From: Tubulanus polymorphus
Lineage: Eukaryota > Animalia > Nemertea
Assembly: GCF_964204645.1 (NCBI RefSeq)
Contig: NC_134026.1
Location: forward strand, 14,852,150-14,916,149
Direction of reading: 5' to 3'
DNA: 64,000 bases
In this document: piece after piece, positions 36,817 to 50,171 of the stretch
How the letters are laid out: every line of letters starts with the position of its first letter
How positions within the stretch are numbered: position 1 is the stretch's first letter
The notes under the pieces: model-generated
The model's database searches: none
What the model was told of the DNA's origin: nothing
Seen by the model: the letters and a program-made list of their open reading frames with translations, nothing else
Made by a program: the position numbers and the translations under genes

Positions 36817-37925
36817 TTTTAAGCCCACTTGGGACTTTAGTCCCAGCGGGCTATTGCGTTCACTTTTCGTCCGTTCGTCCGTCCATAGACGGAATCCAGT
36901 TATTTTGGGAACTTTTGAAGACGCTTCAAGGTAATGTCTTGATATTTGGGTTACACATGTATCTACCCTAGACACATCTTCAGCCCAAAAACTGGCCCTG
37001 TCAGATTCAAGATGGCCGACTGGCAGCCATTGTTGTTCGCCAAAATCAGCACTTTTTACACATTTTTGAACTTTTTGAGGGAAATTTTCAAGACGCTTTG
37101 ATCAATTACCTTGATCTTTCCGATATATGTGAATTCCCCCAGGGCCCATCAGCATAACAAAAATTGGGTCGATCAGACTCAAGATGGCCATCCTATGACC
37201 TTTTTAGTGCCCAAAAATGTTAATTTTGGCCCAAATTCTGAGTCCTGTAGCTTCCTACTGGTTTATCATTTCTCATTGCAATTTGTGATGGGTATTCTTT
37301 GGAAAGGGATATTTTATACCTGAGACAGGTATTTTTCATCAGCCAATTATGACGCAATTGGCGGCCATCTTGGTGTCAGCAGTACTCATTCGTAAGTGGG
37401 AAAAAGTTTTTCCACATTATATTGATATCTAAGCATATTTTAATACCACAAACAATTAGAAAGTTGTAGCTCATAACGTGTTCTATGATTGTGGTGAGTT
37501 TCAAGGTCATTGGTTTTTGTATATGGCCACCAGGGGGCGTTGAATAATGCAATATCTTAGTATTTCTATATTATATTCGTATCAATGCATATTTTGTAAC
37601 CACAATCAATGGCAAAGTTGTAGCTCATGACATCATCTATGATTGTGGCAAGTTTTAAGGCCATTAGTTATTCTATATGGTCACCAGGGGGCGTTGAATA
37701 GTAGAATAACTTAGTATTTCCATATTAAAGTGGTAACGAGGCATATTTTGTTATCACAATCAATTACAAAATCGTAGCTGCTGACATGTTCTATGATTGT
37801 GGTAAGTTTCAAGGTCATTGGATTCTGTGTATGGTCACCAGGGGGTGTTGAATATTGAAATTGTTAGATTGTTGAGCATTTGGAACCACTTCCCAAGTGG
37901 GCATGGTGTCCCTGGACCCCTAGTT
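36817..37925 (+). mobile_element. HINE family 1, full length (3 units)
   Basis: both subTIRs and 3' hairpin present; near-identical to 1768-3550. Confidence 0.88.
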
Positions 37926-39737
37926 AAACAGCCAGGTCTGATATCGTAAAATATCATTGATCATGGTTTAAAAAAGTAATGTACTAGGTAGATATGTGGC
38001 AGGCTGTGTCAACTATTAAGCTCAGCAATGAGTGGAGAGACATGGTATTCATTTTTTGGTCTTATAATAGGGATTGTCCCTGTTTTTTATTTGGATGATA
38101 AATTTTGTTTGATTTTTTGATCGATTGTCCCTTACAGACCTACCACACCTGCCGGGAAAGAAACAGGGGGTTTGATTTTGAAATCGGAAATCGAAGTACA
38201 GATAAAGTTGTGTGATCGGCGGTCGAGTTTACAGAATTTTTATTTAAATCAAAGTACATAATTGGGAAATTCGGTTCCAGTTCATTCAAACAATCTTTCA
38301 ACCAGTCTGAACCGGCAAGCGACTGATTGGCGTGAATTTTTTCTGGCTGCCTAATTTAATACATCAAAATTTTGGAAATAACTATATTACAAGGTTGAAG
38401 ATCATTTTGTCAACTTTTGTATTTTCTACGTGTAAATAGTCCGATAGCTTATTTTAGTTTTTTCTCGGGTAGATGTTGATGTAGAAGTCCTGTAAGTTGA
38501 TTCTCCCGCGTGTTGACTAGATAGAAAGGAAGCACATTTTGAAAGGCAAATTTTCCAGATATTAATTTTTTAGCCTTAGGTCTTGGCTTTGAATCCTGAA
38601 AATCTGGACAGAGTTTGTATGGAACTTAGAATATTTTCTCATCTCCCGATACAACTAGATGTGATTTCAGCTTCAACAACAAAAATATAAATATGACATC
38701 TGAGATGCTTTTGATTCAACGAAAACTGATGATTTATTAGGCGGCTTATAATTTATAATGATTATATGTATTTCATTTCAAAATCTATTCGGCCTACTTA
38801 AGATGGATTACGTATTTATCTTCTCTTCCTTGTATAAACAACTGTTTGTCATTTAAAATCTAATTACCCTATACTTTCATAACATGCATTTCCTTTTATG
38901 TCAAGTATAAGCTGATAGAGCACCTTACTAAACAATGTATGGTCTAATATGGTGGATATGATTAACTCCTTCAATTCACTAACTTCTGCGCTGAATCTGA
39001 CAGTGCCCATGGGCACCTTGTGTTCATTTGCAATGAGACTGAAATTTGTTTGAACTGCGCAATGGAATCTTTCGTTGGGATAAATTCTTTAAGTAAACTC
39101 TTAGATTAAAATAAATTGTTAGAATTAATGAGAATAATGAACTTTGTATATGTAATATCTTAAAAAAGATTGAACTGGAATATTTTTGTACTGTGTTTGT
39201 TGACTTGTGATATATTCGAGCAGTGCAATGCCATGAATTATAAGCAATAATGGACTTTCAATTCTAGATATTTTAGATTCAAGTGTAAAATATTAGTGCA
39301 GTGAACTCTTTCATTAAGCTGTGTGATAACTTTAAGTACTAATTCAGTATTAATGGGCTGGTAATTTGTACTGTTTTAATTCAAGTATATACTAGTTAGT
39401 ATACTCATGATACCCTTATGATGTTCCACAATAATAAATTGGATATATGTATCAATTATACGAATTAATTGACCTTAAGATTGTATCTACTTACACTACT
39501 GCATTCAGGAGGTGGATTTTTACCTACTTTGAAGAATTGGGGATTTTTACCGCTAACCGTAGTGTCTGATAACATCGAAGTGAGATATGCTCATCATAGA
39601 TTTACCTTAACTTATCCAGGAATATATCTAATAATCTCAAAAAGTGACATGTCAAAACATCAATGCATTTGATTTCTTGTTAGTCAATGAAATGATGGTT
39701 CGTTTTCTATCTAATCTTCCTCATTTTTTCCGTGGCC

Positions 39738-41101
39738 ATTTTTAGCCCACTTGGGACTTTAGTCCTAGCAGGCTATTGCGTTAACTTTTCGTCGGTCCGT
39801 CCATCTGTACGAAATCCAGTTATTTTTGGAAGTTTTGAAGACGCTTCAATGTAATGTCTTGATATTTGGGTTACCCATGTATCTACCCTAGACACATCTT
39901 CAGCCTAAAACCTGGCCCTATCAGATTCAAGATGGCTGACTGGTAGCCATTGTTGTTTGCCAAAGTCAGCACTTTTTACACGTTTTTGAACTTTTTGAGG
40001 GAAATTTTGAAGACACTTTAATCAATTACCTCGATGGTTTGTATATATTTGAATCCCCCCAGCCCATCAGCATAACAAAATTGGGTCGACCGGACTCAAG
40101 ATGGCCGTCCTATGACCTTTTTAGTGCCCAAAAATGAATGCCCGAATTCTGAGTCCTGTAGCTTCCAACTGGTTTGCCATTTCTCATTTCAATTGCTGAT
40201 GGGTATTCTTTGGAAAGGGATGTTTTATACCTGAGATAGGTATTTTTGATCAGCCAATTATGACGCAATTGGCGGCCATCTTGGTGTCATCAGCACGCAT
40301 TGGTAGGTGGCAAAAAGTTTTTCGACATAATATTGATACCTAAAAATATTTTGTTACCACAATGAAAGTTGTAGCTTATAACGTGTTCTATGATTGTGGT
40401 GAGTTGCAAGGTCATTGCTTTTTGTTTATGGCCACCAGGGGGTGTTGAATAATACAATATCTTAGTATTTCTATATAATATTTGTACCAATGCATGTTTT
40501 GTTACCACAATCAATTGCAAAGTTGTAGCTCATGACATCGTCTATGATTGTGGCGAGTTTCATGGACATTAGTTTTTCTATATGGTCACTAGGGAGCGTT
40601 GAATAGTAGAATAACTTAGTATTTCCTTATTAGATTGGTACCTAGGCATATTTTGTTACTATGACCAATTGCAAAGTTGTAGCTCATGACATGTTCAATG
40701 ATTGTGGTGAGATTCAAGGTCATTGGCTTTAACTTAGTATTTCCTTATTAGATTGGTACCTAAGCATGTTTTGTTACTATGACCAATTGCAAAGTTGTAG
40801 CTCATGACATGTTCAATGATTGTGGTGAGATTCAAGGTCATTGGCTTTTGGATATGGTCACCAGGGGGGGTTAAATAATAGAATAACTTAATATTTCCAT
40901 ATTAAATTGGTAACAGGGCATATTTTGTTATCACAATCAATTACAAAATCGTAGCTGCTGACATGTTCTATGATTGTGGTTAGTTTCAAGGTCATTGGTT
41001 TTTGTATATGGTCACCAGGGACGTTGAATATTGAAATTGTTGGATTGTTGAGCATTTGAAACCATTATCCAAGGGGGCATGGTGTCCCTGGACCCCTAGT
41101 T
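39738..41101 (+). mobile_element. HINE family 1, full length, inserted in a T-run of the Mutator-like right TIR
   Basis: host TIR ggccattt|ttccttggcc is interrupted with no TSD. Confidence 0.85.
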
Positions 41102-41394
41102 TCCTTGGCCATTTTTTCCTAGGCAAATACCTTGGCCATTTTTCCCTGGCCATTCTTTCGTTGGCCATTTTTCCATTCACCCTTATTTACATTAGCTTTT
41201 ACGTAATGAATGCACAGATTAAATATACATAACATATACCTACGACAATAATAATCAAAAAATGAATCACGAATCCATAAAAGAAAGTCTGACATTAGCA
41301 TGAAATTCTTAAAAAATTTTCTTATTTACCCGAAGATGATATCGGTTAATTGATTCATCTTATATTTAGATCATCGGAAATTAAAAACTTAATG

Positions 41395-41830
41395 CACATT
41401 GCTCTATGCAATTCATGATATCAAAGCAACAATTAGATGACTAGTTTATGAGATATTTTTGACAAGCTAGTTTGTTGTAATTAAAACAATCAAAGGTTTG
41501 GCTGCAATTTTGCCCACAAATTTGAGTAGTTTTTGACGAGTTAGTTTGCTAGGATTCGTGATATCAAAGCTACAGTCAGATGAATAGTTTATGTGAAGTT
41601 TTTGACAAACCAGTTAGTTGTAATTAATAGAATCAAAGGTTTAGCAGGTATGGTACCCTGACACATTTGAGTAGTTTTTGATGAGTTAGTTTGCTAGGAT
41701 TCATGATATCAAAGCAACAGTCAGATAAATAGTTTATGAGAAGTTTTTGTTGTAATCAATGGAATCGAAAGGTTTAGTAGGAACCTTTCCCACAAATTTG
41801 AGTAGTTTTCGACAAGTAAGTTTGCTGTTA
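41395..41830. repeat. ~140-bp tandem repeat, about 3 units
   Basis: gatatcaaagcaaca...tttgagtagtttttga...agtttgct recurs. Confidence 0.75.
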
Positions 41831-42006
41831 TTCATCAATTTACCCCTCTGGCATTATCTCCAAACCAAAAACTGGCAAAAATGTACAAGACCCAAAATGC
41901 TAATTGCATCCATAATGTGAAGCTTGAAGCTATTACTTTCTAATGGAATGAATTCGTTGCTTAACCCTATGTCGCTTCCATAGCTTGACGATAATTCATA
42001 TTTTAT

Positions 42007-43011
42007 TAAACCTTTCAATACCACATAGTGTCTCCGCTGCTGTACCGGAGGGAATTTAAGGGTTTATAGGGGTATATTTGAAACTTCATAGAATAGTTAC
42101 CAAGGTATCCGAGACAGAAAATTTATATAGCATGTTGTTGATAACTTTTGGGCCAACAATGTAGACATAAATAATTTTGATATAAGTGAACTTGAGGTCA
42201 AGGTCACATACTCCAAGATGGCCGCCATGAAAAATATTCACGAAAAAGTTTCAGATAAACTGCTCTGTCTCCCAGCAAAATGCACTGATCTATTCAATTC
42301 CAACTGAAATTGTATGCCATATATCCTTACTTTATGTAGTGAAAATTTTAAAGCAATAGAACAACTGAAAAATTATTTTTCCACTCATATATCAACTTCT
42401 CCACCGATGTCGGTAGGCCGGATGTAAGGGGTTTCATTGGGGTATAATTTCAGGCCTCGGAAAATTGTAACCTATGTATTTGACACTGATACATTGTATA
42501 CCATGGTGTTGATAACCATTGGGCTTACAAATAAGACAAATTATTTGGATATATGTGACCTTGAGGATGGACAGTTTCTGGTTCTTCATTATTGTTATTT
42601 GTGTCCGTTGCCATGACAACCGTATCAACAGGGTCTTAAAAAATTGTCACTGATTTCATTTTCATCATCAAAATCATTGCCGGCACTATAAACCTATTTT
42701 CTGACTAAGTCTCATCATCTGAACTGCTGCTGTCATATTCGTTGTCACTCTCAATTTGTTCACTACCAAATTCCAAGTCACCAGCATCACTGTCAGCATC
42801 ATATACGAGCTGCTGAACCGTTTCATCCAGCCAAATTGTTTTTTCCTGGCTGTTGCCATCTTAGTTTTATGCAGATGGCAGCACCGGCTGATACTGATAG
42901 ATATGCCCTTCTAGAAGAAGGGTTAAGTGATACCGTATCATAGACGGTACGGGTATGCTAGCTTGACAATTTGTACTGTATGCCATACGGTAGTGGTATT
43001 GTAAGGGTTAA
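42007..43011 (-). mobile_element. piggyBac-like non-autonomous element with acidic transposase N-terminal remnant
   Basis: ttaaacctttcaataccac / gtggtattgtaagggttaa; minus-strand MATARKK then frameshifted DADSDAGDLEFGSEQIESDNEYDSSSSDD. Confidence 0.6.
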
Positions 43012-43373
43012 GATGCTACAACCTGTACTTGAAAAAGTGAAATTCGATCGCTGTCTTTTTAAACATAGGTTAAATAAAGTTGAAGTTTCATATCCCTGTC
43101 TCTGCACCTCAAAAAATAGAATAATAATGTACAGTCAACACCCGATCGACTGCCCTCCTAAATCACACAACCCCCCTTATCGTTTTCTCTATGTACATCT
43201 TAATGTAAATACATGGTAAACACCCCCGATATACTGACTAACTCTCTATACCACCAAAATCATTTGGCACCTGTGGGCGGTATATCGGGTGCTGGCTATA
43301 TTTGAATAAAAATGTAATTTTTAGAAAATTGCTGCATTTAAATTATTTTCTGTGACAAATTGGTCATATAAAG

Positions 43374-43990
43374 TACCGTATTTTCCGGCTAGTAAGCCGA
43401 TTTTCTATTCCCAGATTTTTACCCCAAAATATCATGATCGGCTTATTGGACGGATACGATCTGACCTAAATAATTACTTCCCAAACTATGTCAATCTAAT
43501 GCTCCTGAAGATCATCAAAATGAATAAGAGTGTTCCATTTTTGTTTGAGGTCATTATTTATTACCAATAATGTATTTAGAACTATTTTGTTACTTTGTTT
43601 CTTTCATCACCTCACAGCAGCAATCTAATACCGCAGTGCTAGTACATTTATATATACGCGTGTCAGCAGTCAGTCGCGTGTTTGCAGTGTTTGCGAATGT
43701 AGGTTATAATATATGGTTCTGTGTGTTAAGAATCACCTGAGCGAGTCTATATATAGCAGTGACTTGGCAATGATAGTATACACAGCACTCTCACACATCG
43801 GTAGGCGCGTATTGTCAGCCTCATACATCGTCAATTAAGACAAACTAATTGACAAATCAGTGAATTGAAATCTCCTGATGAAGGGCCTCGGCTTATTGGG
43901 CAAAGCATTAAGAAATCCATGTATTTTAGGCTGAAAAAAACTGCCCTCGGCTTATTGGCCGAGTCGGTTTAATCGCCGGAAAATACGGTA
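43374..43990. mobile_element. Tc1/pogo-like MITE with TA TSD
   Basis: ta-ccgtattttccggc ... gccggaaaatacgg-ta. Confidence 0.85.
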
Positions 43991-45508
43991 CGCTAAGGAA
44001 GTGAAAACTACGACTGATAGGAAAGCTGTAGTCAAAATTACCTTAAAAGTTAGAATAGGATCTAGAAAAACGGCAGAAACTGCTTTTTTATTGGCTCTAC
44101 TACCACTCAAACTACTGGCAGAAATAATTACTTCTAATAAACGATTTTTACCAAAGTTCTTTTTGTTTTTATTAATGAGCGATAGTTTACTCAGCATACG
44201 CTCACGTATTGCTGAAAAAACTGCTCCGCGAATCTCGGAAACGTTAGCAAAACTATGCAGGTGGCGCCCCAGTACGGGCCGCAAAAGCTGATAGATGAAA
44301 ACAGAAACAACTTTATGCGAAATCATGATGTATTTGTGAATGCAAATTCCTTACTGAACGAATTGATGCATAATATTCACAGATAAATTGATTATTAACA
44401 AAATTACGGACCATAATGCCGCACTGAGAGAAGTTTGACTTACAGTGTCAGTAGTAGTTATTTTTAAACATTTTCTTGCCAACTGAGCATTCAAAACCCA
44501 AGCGCGAAGCAATTAACTGCAATAATTCAGGGCTCGACCCCGTAATGCCTGAAATGCTGATCGTCATCGAATGAGGATGTGCCACATTGGAAATAGCCAT
44601 TACCTTCCAAAATATGAAAGTCGTTCATGGGTTCAAGATTGTTCTAAGTGCTCGGAAAACGATTTCTAATTTCTAAAATCTTCTAAAATTCATATTTCCT
44701 AAAAAGAATGTATATATGTAATTCTGTTACCAGACTACTTTTGTAATTCCATTATCATCTTATTGAAAAAGCGGAAGCCAACTAGGGCATTCTCTTAAAA
44801 AGTACACATCGTTCTAAATATGAATAAAGAAAAATCTAAATATGAATAAAGAAAAATCTAGTTTTCTTAAAAATCTGGTGATAACTTGCCTCTCAGTGAA
44901 AGTTAACCATGTTTTTATAGCAACAAAATTACGGGAGAACTGGGAATTGTGGCACAGAGATTTTTTATTCCCCATTAACGTTCACTCAATTTGTGAGAGT
45001 GGAATATTGAAATAAACTTATCCAGTGATTATATTACGGTGGAAAACTCTATACAAAGTGATTCGTTTGACAAGTAAACCAAGCTCAAAGTAGTCGGCTA
45101 TTATTCATACGAAATTTCTCGTGAAATACCTCCTCTTGCCATGTTGAAAAAAATTCTGAAATGCTTTATAAGCAGGTTCAACATGCTAAAATTCTGAGAG
45201 CCTACGATGTTTTCTACTTGAAAATCACAATTTAGATCAATTTCATGAAATTAAGTGATTTACTGAAATCGAGTTTCTCATTTGGCATTGCCCACCCAGT
45301 GTTCTCACTGAGGGGTTTTATAACGGCGGCCTGCCATGTTACAGCACTTAGCCGCCATGCAAATAAAAGATACGCCATGCTTAAAAAAATGATTGGGAGT
45401 GTATTTACTTATCTTGCTTTCTAAGACTGTCAGGTTCACCTGCTCAATTTTATTACGGAGGCATCAATAATTGTATAAACACAGACTTCGTAGCTCCATG
45501 TCACTTGG

Positions 45509-45962
45509 TTAACCCTTTCACGACCGCACTATATGTTCTCTAATGGCCCGGGCATTTTTTCCAAAACCTTCAAAACCCCAAAATACGCAGAATAGGGCTT
45601 ATATCATGTTTATAATGCATGCACGTAATGTCCCTAGTGTTTGTCTTTCGATTCTGATCAGTTTTGGCCAAAGTTTTGTTATCATTTCTAACGCCAGGGG
45701 GAGCTTAGGGGGTCTTTCAGGCCTGGTCCAGGCCTGGCAATTTGACCCCCAAACGGCCCACAACATCCCTTTGGAATGACATCACCATTGTAATTTTGCT
45801 TCACTGGATGCTGCTGTTGATATGAACGACAGTACGACAACTTCCATAAGTTTATCTACTCTGCTGTGAAAGATAATTCCATCCGGTATGTCATACCGGA
45901 CTGGGCTATTCCGTGATTTCTGTATCCGGAATGTCATACCGGATAGGTCGTGAAAGGGTTAA
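45509..45962. mobile_element. piggyBac-like MITE (TTAA TSD) nested in a CAGTGTTCTC-TIR element (45297-46472)
   Basis: ttaa-ccctttcacgacc ... ggtcgtgaaaggg-ttaa; outer cagtgttctc / gagaacactg. Confidence 0.85.
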
Positions 45963-46525
45963 GACTATCTGTCAAAAATTGTAAAGTTATGCGGGAGCGC
46001 AAATGCGTGCTGGTGGTATGAATATACGGTGATTTCCCGTGTATTAAAAATGCCAACAAAGGTCACACCGCTGCGTTTTGCACACGCTGAATAGACGATC
46101 CAGCAGCCCCAACTTTTCTAGTTTCCTATCGAGATGAAAAACTTTATCAAAGTCACGAAAAAATATTTTCCAAATCGAAATTAATAAATGCTTTCTAAGC
46201 TTTAATGATAAAATTAAATTGTATTAATAGATATGTAATCATGGAACTATTAAATGCACGTCAGATCTGCGCCTCCAGCAAACTACCCACAATTGCTGCT
46301 AAATAAAAATTACCGAATTTTAAACTAGTTGATTATGGCCCCCAAGTGCTGGGAAATGCATCTGAGCACCAAAAACTTTTCTGGGAACCCTTGCTCCTGA
46401 GTTGGGCAAGCACCGTAGGCGCCCGTTTTTTGAGCACCGCCATACTTTAATTTCAACCCAGAGAGAACACTGGTCAACATACTTTTTCATTGCCTTTTGA
46501 ATTACGATTTTTCATTATCTTTTAG

Positions 46526-46673
46526 GGAGAAGATAAATATACTTTCATAGAAGACTGCAAGAATCCTCTGTCAGTGACTCTGTTGATTAAAGGTCCCAAC
46601 AAGCATACATTAACACAAATAAAAGATGCTATTCATGATGGACTTCGTGCAGTGAAAAATGCTATAGAAGATG
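46526..46673 (+). CDS. CCT6: CCT6 exon ([49 protein letters not shown]-)
   Basis: cttttag acceptor, gtaatg donor, 148 nt; follows a 17.9 kb intron. Confidence 0.98.
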
Positions 46674-48275
46674 GTAATGTTTTTGCTTATTTAAAACATG
46701 AACATAATAGGTTTAGGATATGGGACCTATGTACACGTAACGTTACATTCGTGTATTGCAATGATATTACACTCCTCGAGGTGACCTATAGGAGACAATT
46801 CTCATCTGTCTGGATTGCTCTCTATCTACCACAGGTCCATCCATTAACTTTGCAAAATACTTTTATCTGACGCTCAGACTTTCGCAAGACCTGTGGGCTT
46901 CAAGTCATTATACTTCAAATTTACCTCAGATGTGCCAACAGCCCATTGAAATTTCTAAAGTTTCATTGAATTCTGCCCCATCTGGCTTTGATATCTGCTG
47001 GGAGTCAATAAATTACTTTTAAAAAACTACATTTCCTCAGTTTTCAAACGCCTCTTTTCATCCCATGATTAGATTTCAACGGTTTGTCGCGGGCAGTGAA
47101 TTGAAAAAAGTCACAGCGTGAATAGCTATGAATTTCTGATAAAGGCAGTGAAATTGGAGTGGCAGTGAACCTTACAAATTGTTCAGTTTGTAAGAATAAA
47201 TTCTTTATCAAACTAGTCATAGTGTATTTAGTAATCAATCAGCATCGCACAGTCTACAGAATATCAATTGATTTCTCTTTGATCCGGATAGGCCTATGTT
47301 GTAACGTTTTAAAGCGATCTTGAAAAGCCTGAACAAGCCTGACATCTATGTTTTTATGGACTTTCGCTTTACTGAAGTCCATTTTGTTATCGCATATGAA
47401 ACTTTCTTCCTTTGGTACAAAATAATTTCCAAACGAGACTTGGTTTCTCTTCAGAACTTTTAGAACATTCAATGCAGTAATAAAAGCTCTAACCTATTGA
47501 ATCTCATCGGAATCTGTTGCTTATTTATCAATTTAGTTTGTCATTTGTTGTTGGAACTACATTTCGTTTCGGAAGAACACATGCCCTTTTACGAATATTC
47601 ATGCTTCACACACGTGCTTGTCACAGACTTGCTGCTCTGTGATGTATTGATCTGTGCATGTATATGAAAACCTAGTTAAAGTTTTTCTGGAAACTGCAAA
47701 TGATTCAAATGCCAGGGTTCGTCATGGCTGGCCGTGAAAAGCAGTGAATTTTATAGAAAGGAGTAAAATTGGGAACTTGGAAATTGTTCAATTTACGAAA
47801 ATAAATTGTCTAACAAACTTCGTACACAGTGTATAGAAATTGTCACACCATATAGAACGTGCAGAGTGTCTCTTTGAGTCAGTGGGGAAAACCCGCTATT
47901 CATGATGAATTGTCATGCAGTTGTGTGTGATGGAGATCGTATCAATAGACAGATTGTCATGAAAACTTCTGGACTCATTCAATGGGGACATCTTAGTCTT
48001 TTTTGATTACTTGGAGCATGGATTCTCTGAAATTTTGCTAAAAATTTCATGCCGAAGATAGGTAGGCCTATGCATTTCCTTTCATAATTCGAAAAAGACA
48101 TTTTTATCGGGTGAAGCCCGAGATGTAATTGGTCCAAAAATCGAATTTTTGCTGACAAATGAGGTTATAACTTTGACACGAAGTCATGCAATCTATTATG
48201 TTTATGCTCAAAATGTAGCTTCATCATGCCGTTAAAATCTGTTGGAAATGGAATTTTGAATATCCGTACATTTAA

Positions 48276-48650
48276 CAGGGATGAAAATCTTCCGACCATA
48301 GACGGATTTCCGACCTTTTCTAACATTTTCTTTATTCCTGAGACCAGTATAAATCACCTCTATCGCTTTAATCATCTTAATCGCGGGCGTCACATCGGAG
48401 CGCTCCGTAGTAAGGAGTGCTCCTTAAGGCGGTTTTTGGCAGTTGTTAGCACAACTGTGGAGTCGGAGAAACCAATATGGCGTCTCATTCAAAAAGCGGC
48501 TCTAATTCAGGCCCAAACTATTAGGGCCTAACATTTTGACCAAAAGGAAGTAAGTTTTTTGGCTACAAGTTACTGATTTTTGTTCCCCCAAAAAATTTTT
48601 TTTTTGAAAATATTTTCCGACTTTTTCAATATGGGCCGTTTTCATCCCTG
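48276..48650. mobile_element. CAG...CTG MITE, 6-bp TSD ATTTAA
   Basis: cagggatgaaaa / ttttcatccctg with atttaa on both flanks; same family as 14919-15243. Confidence 0.88.
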
Positions 48651-49012
48651 ATTTAAGAGAAATTAACGAATTTGTGGCGATTTTTAAAGAAATTTCAAGA
48701 AGCATTTTGTTTCATAAAACGGCTAGAAGGCCGATGTACAACGTTACATTGAAGTAAAATAACTGCTCCCTGCTTTTGGCTGAGCTCTCGCTGTCAATCA
48801 ATGTAAGGGCATATTCGATTGACGCAGACAAACCGGTCTTTTAATCTTCTCATCTATTAATCTGCTCGGTTCTAGTTTCTCATTTCCCAGTCATGGGAGA
48901 GACTAATATGTTTATTTTTAATTTGATAGCTGTAGTATCGATTCCGTCTCCCCATATCTATTTCATTATGCAAATAACCGAAGATTCAATCGATACGCTA
49001 CTTCACGGAAGA

Positions 49013-50171
49013 CAGGGCTGCCAATGTCTCCGATTTCGGCGGAGTTTGCTACGGTAAAACCAGTAGAACTCCGGTGCTACGGGAGTGGTGAAAAAACTAC
49101 GCTCGAGCGTCGGTCTCATTCCGGTACTCCGCCGAAGAGTCAATCGAATACGCCCATAATCAATTTCACTCCGGTGTTCCGTTAGAATGCCAATTGAATA
49201 CGCTCAAATTTATTTCGCTCCGGTGTTCCGTTAGAATGCCAATCGAATACGCTCACATCAATTTTGTCATTGTTAAATCCTATCCACAGAACGGTAGTCT
49301 TTGGTTTGTGCGCATGCGCAATTATCAATAAGCGATCATGAAATGTGATAGTCGGAGGTTGGATTTAGTGTTCACCTGTTAACATGGCGGCATCGTCGTC
49401 TGATTTTGATTTTTCGGCAAACGAATCGAATTCCGATGATGATGAAAGCAAATCGGAAGAAGGTGAAGTAACTGCGAGGAAGAGAAAATCCAAACAAGGG
49501 ACTAGTAACGAACAACAGAATAAAAAAACCCGTGTCGCCAATCAAAAATTCAGAGCAGAATATACGTCCAAGTATCCGTGCATTGTTCCATCTCAAATAT
49601 CAAATAGTAATGCACTGTGTACTGTCTGTAACCTTGATTTTCTTGTTACACACGGTGGGTTGACAGATGTCAGGAGACATTGTGAAGAAAGCAAATGTCA
49701 CGAAGCTAAGACAAAAGCGTCTATAATCACTCGCTATTTCACCTCAAATACTCCAACAGCAGACGAATTGGTAACCCTAAGGGCGGAGGTGATGTTTATT
49801 AATTTTTTGGTCGTACACAACATAGCTTTTGCAGTATCAGATCATGCTACGCGACTCTTTAAAAAGATGTTCAAAAATCTAAAAGGTATTTTTTGATAGC
49901 AATGATAGCAATAATGCGTAAATCTTATGTGTGTATATATCTTTGTGAAGGAGAGTTTAACAATCAATTTTTTAATAAATACAAACATAATTTTATCATT
50001 ATTTCGTGTTTTTCTTGGTATTATCTGGTCGTTTCGGCTGCTACTGAGAATCAATGATTTGCTACTATCACTAGAATGTTTGATTTTGCCCTGCTACTGA
50101 CTGAAATAAGAAAACTACTATCAAAATTGTATTGTGTTACTACAAAAAGAATTGTGAAGTTGGCAGCTCTG
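49013..50171 (+). mobile_element. hAT-like deleted element, 6-bp TSD GGAAGA, keeps a zinc-finger N-terminal ORF (49384-49896)
   Basis: cagggctgccaa / ttggcagctctg; ~48-bp subterminal repeats; CTVCNLDFLVTHGGLTDVRRHCEESKCH and HNIAFAVSDH. Confidence 0.85.

Larger units (their letters stand above)
35585..41181. mobile_element. Mutator-like element with 9-bp TSD CTTATTTAC, carrying two HINE insertions
   Basis: inverted aaaatggccaaggtatttgcctag / ctaggcaaataccttggccatttt; TSD at 35576-35584 and 41182-41190; possible SWIM remnant (THTYCPCRAG) near 36670-36705. Confidence 0.65.

Noticed and set aside
43876-43910. CTGATGA hammerhead-like core
   Set aside because: No GAAA after a stem II; inside a pogo-like MITE
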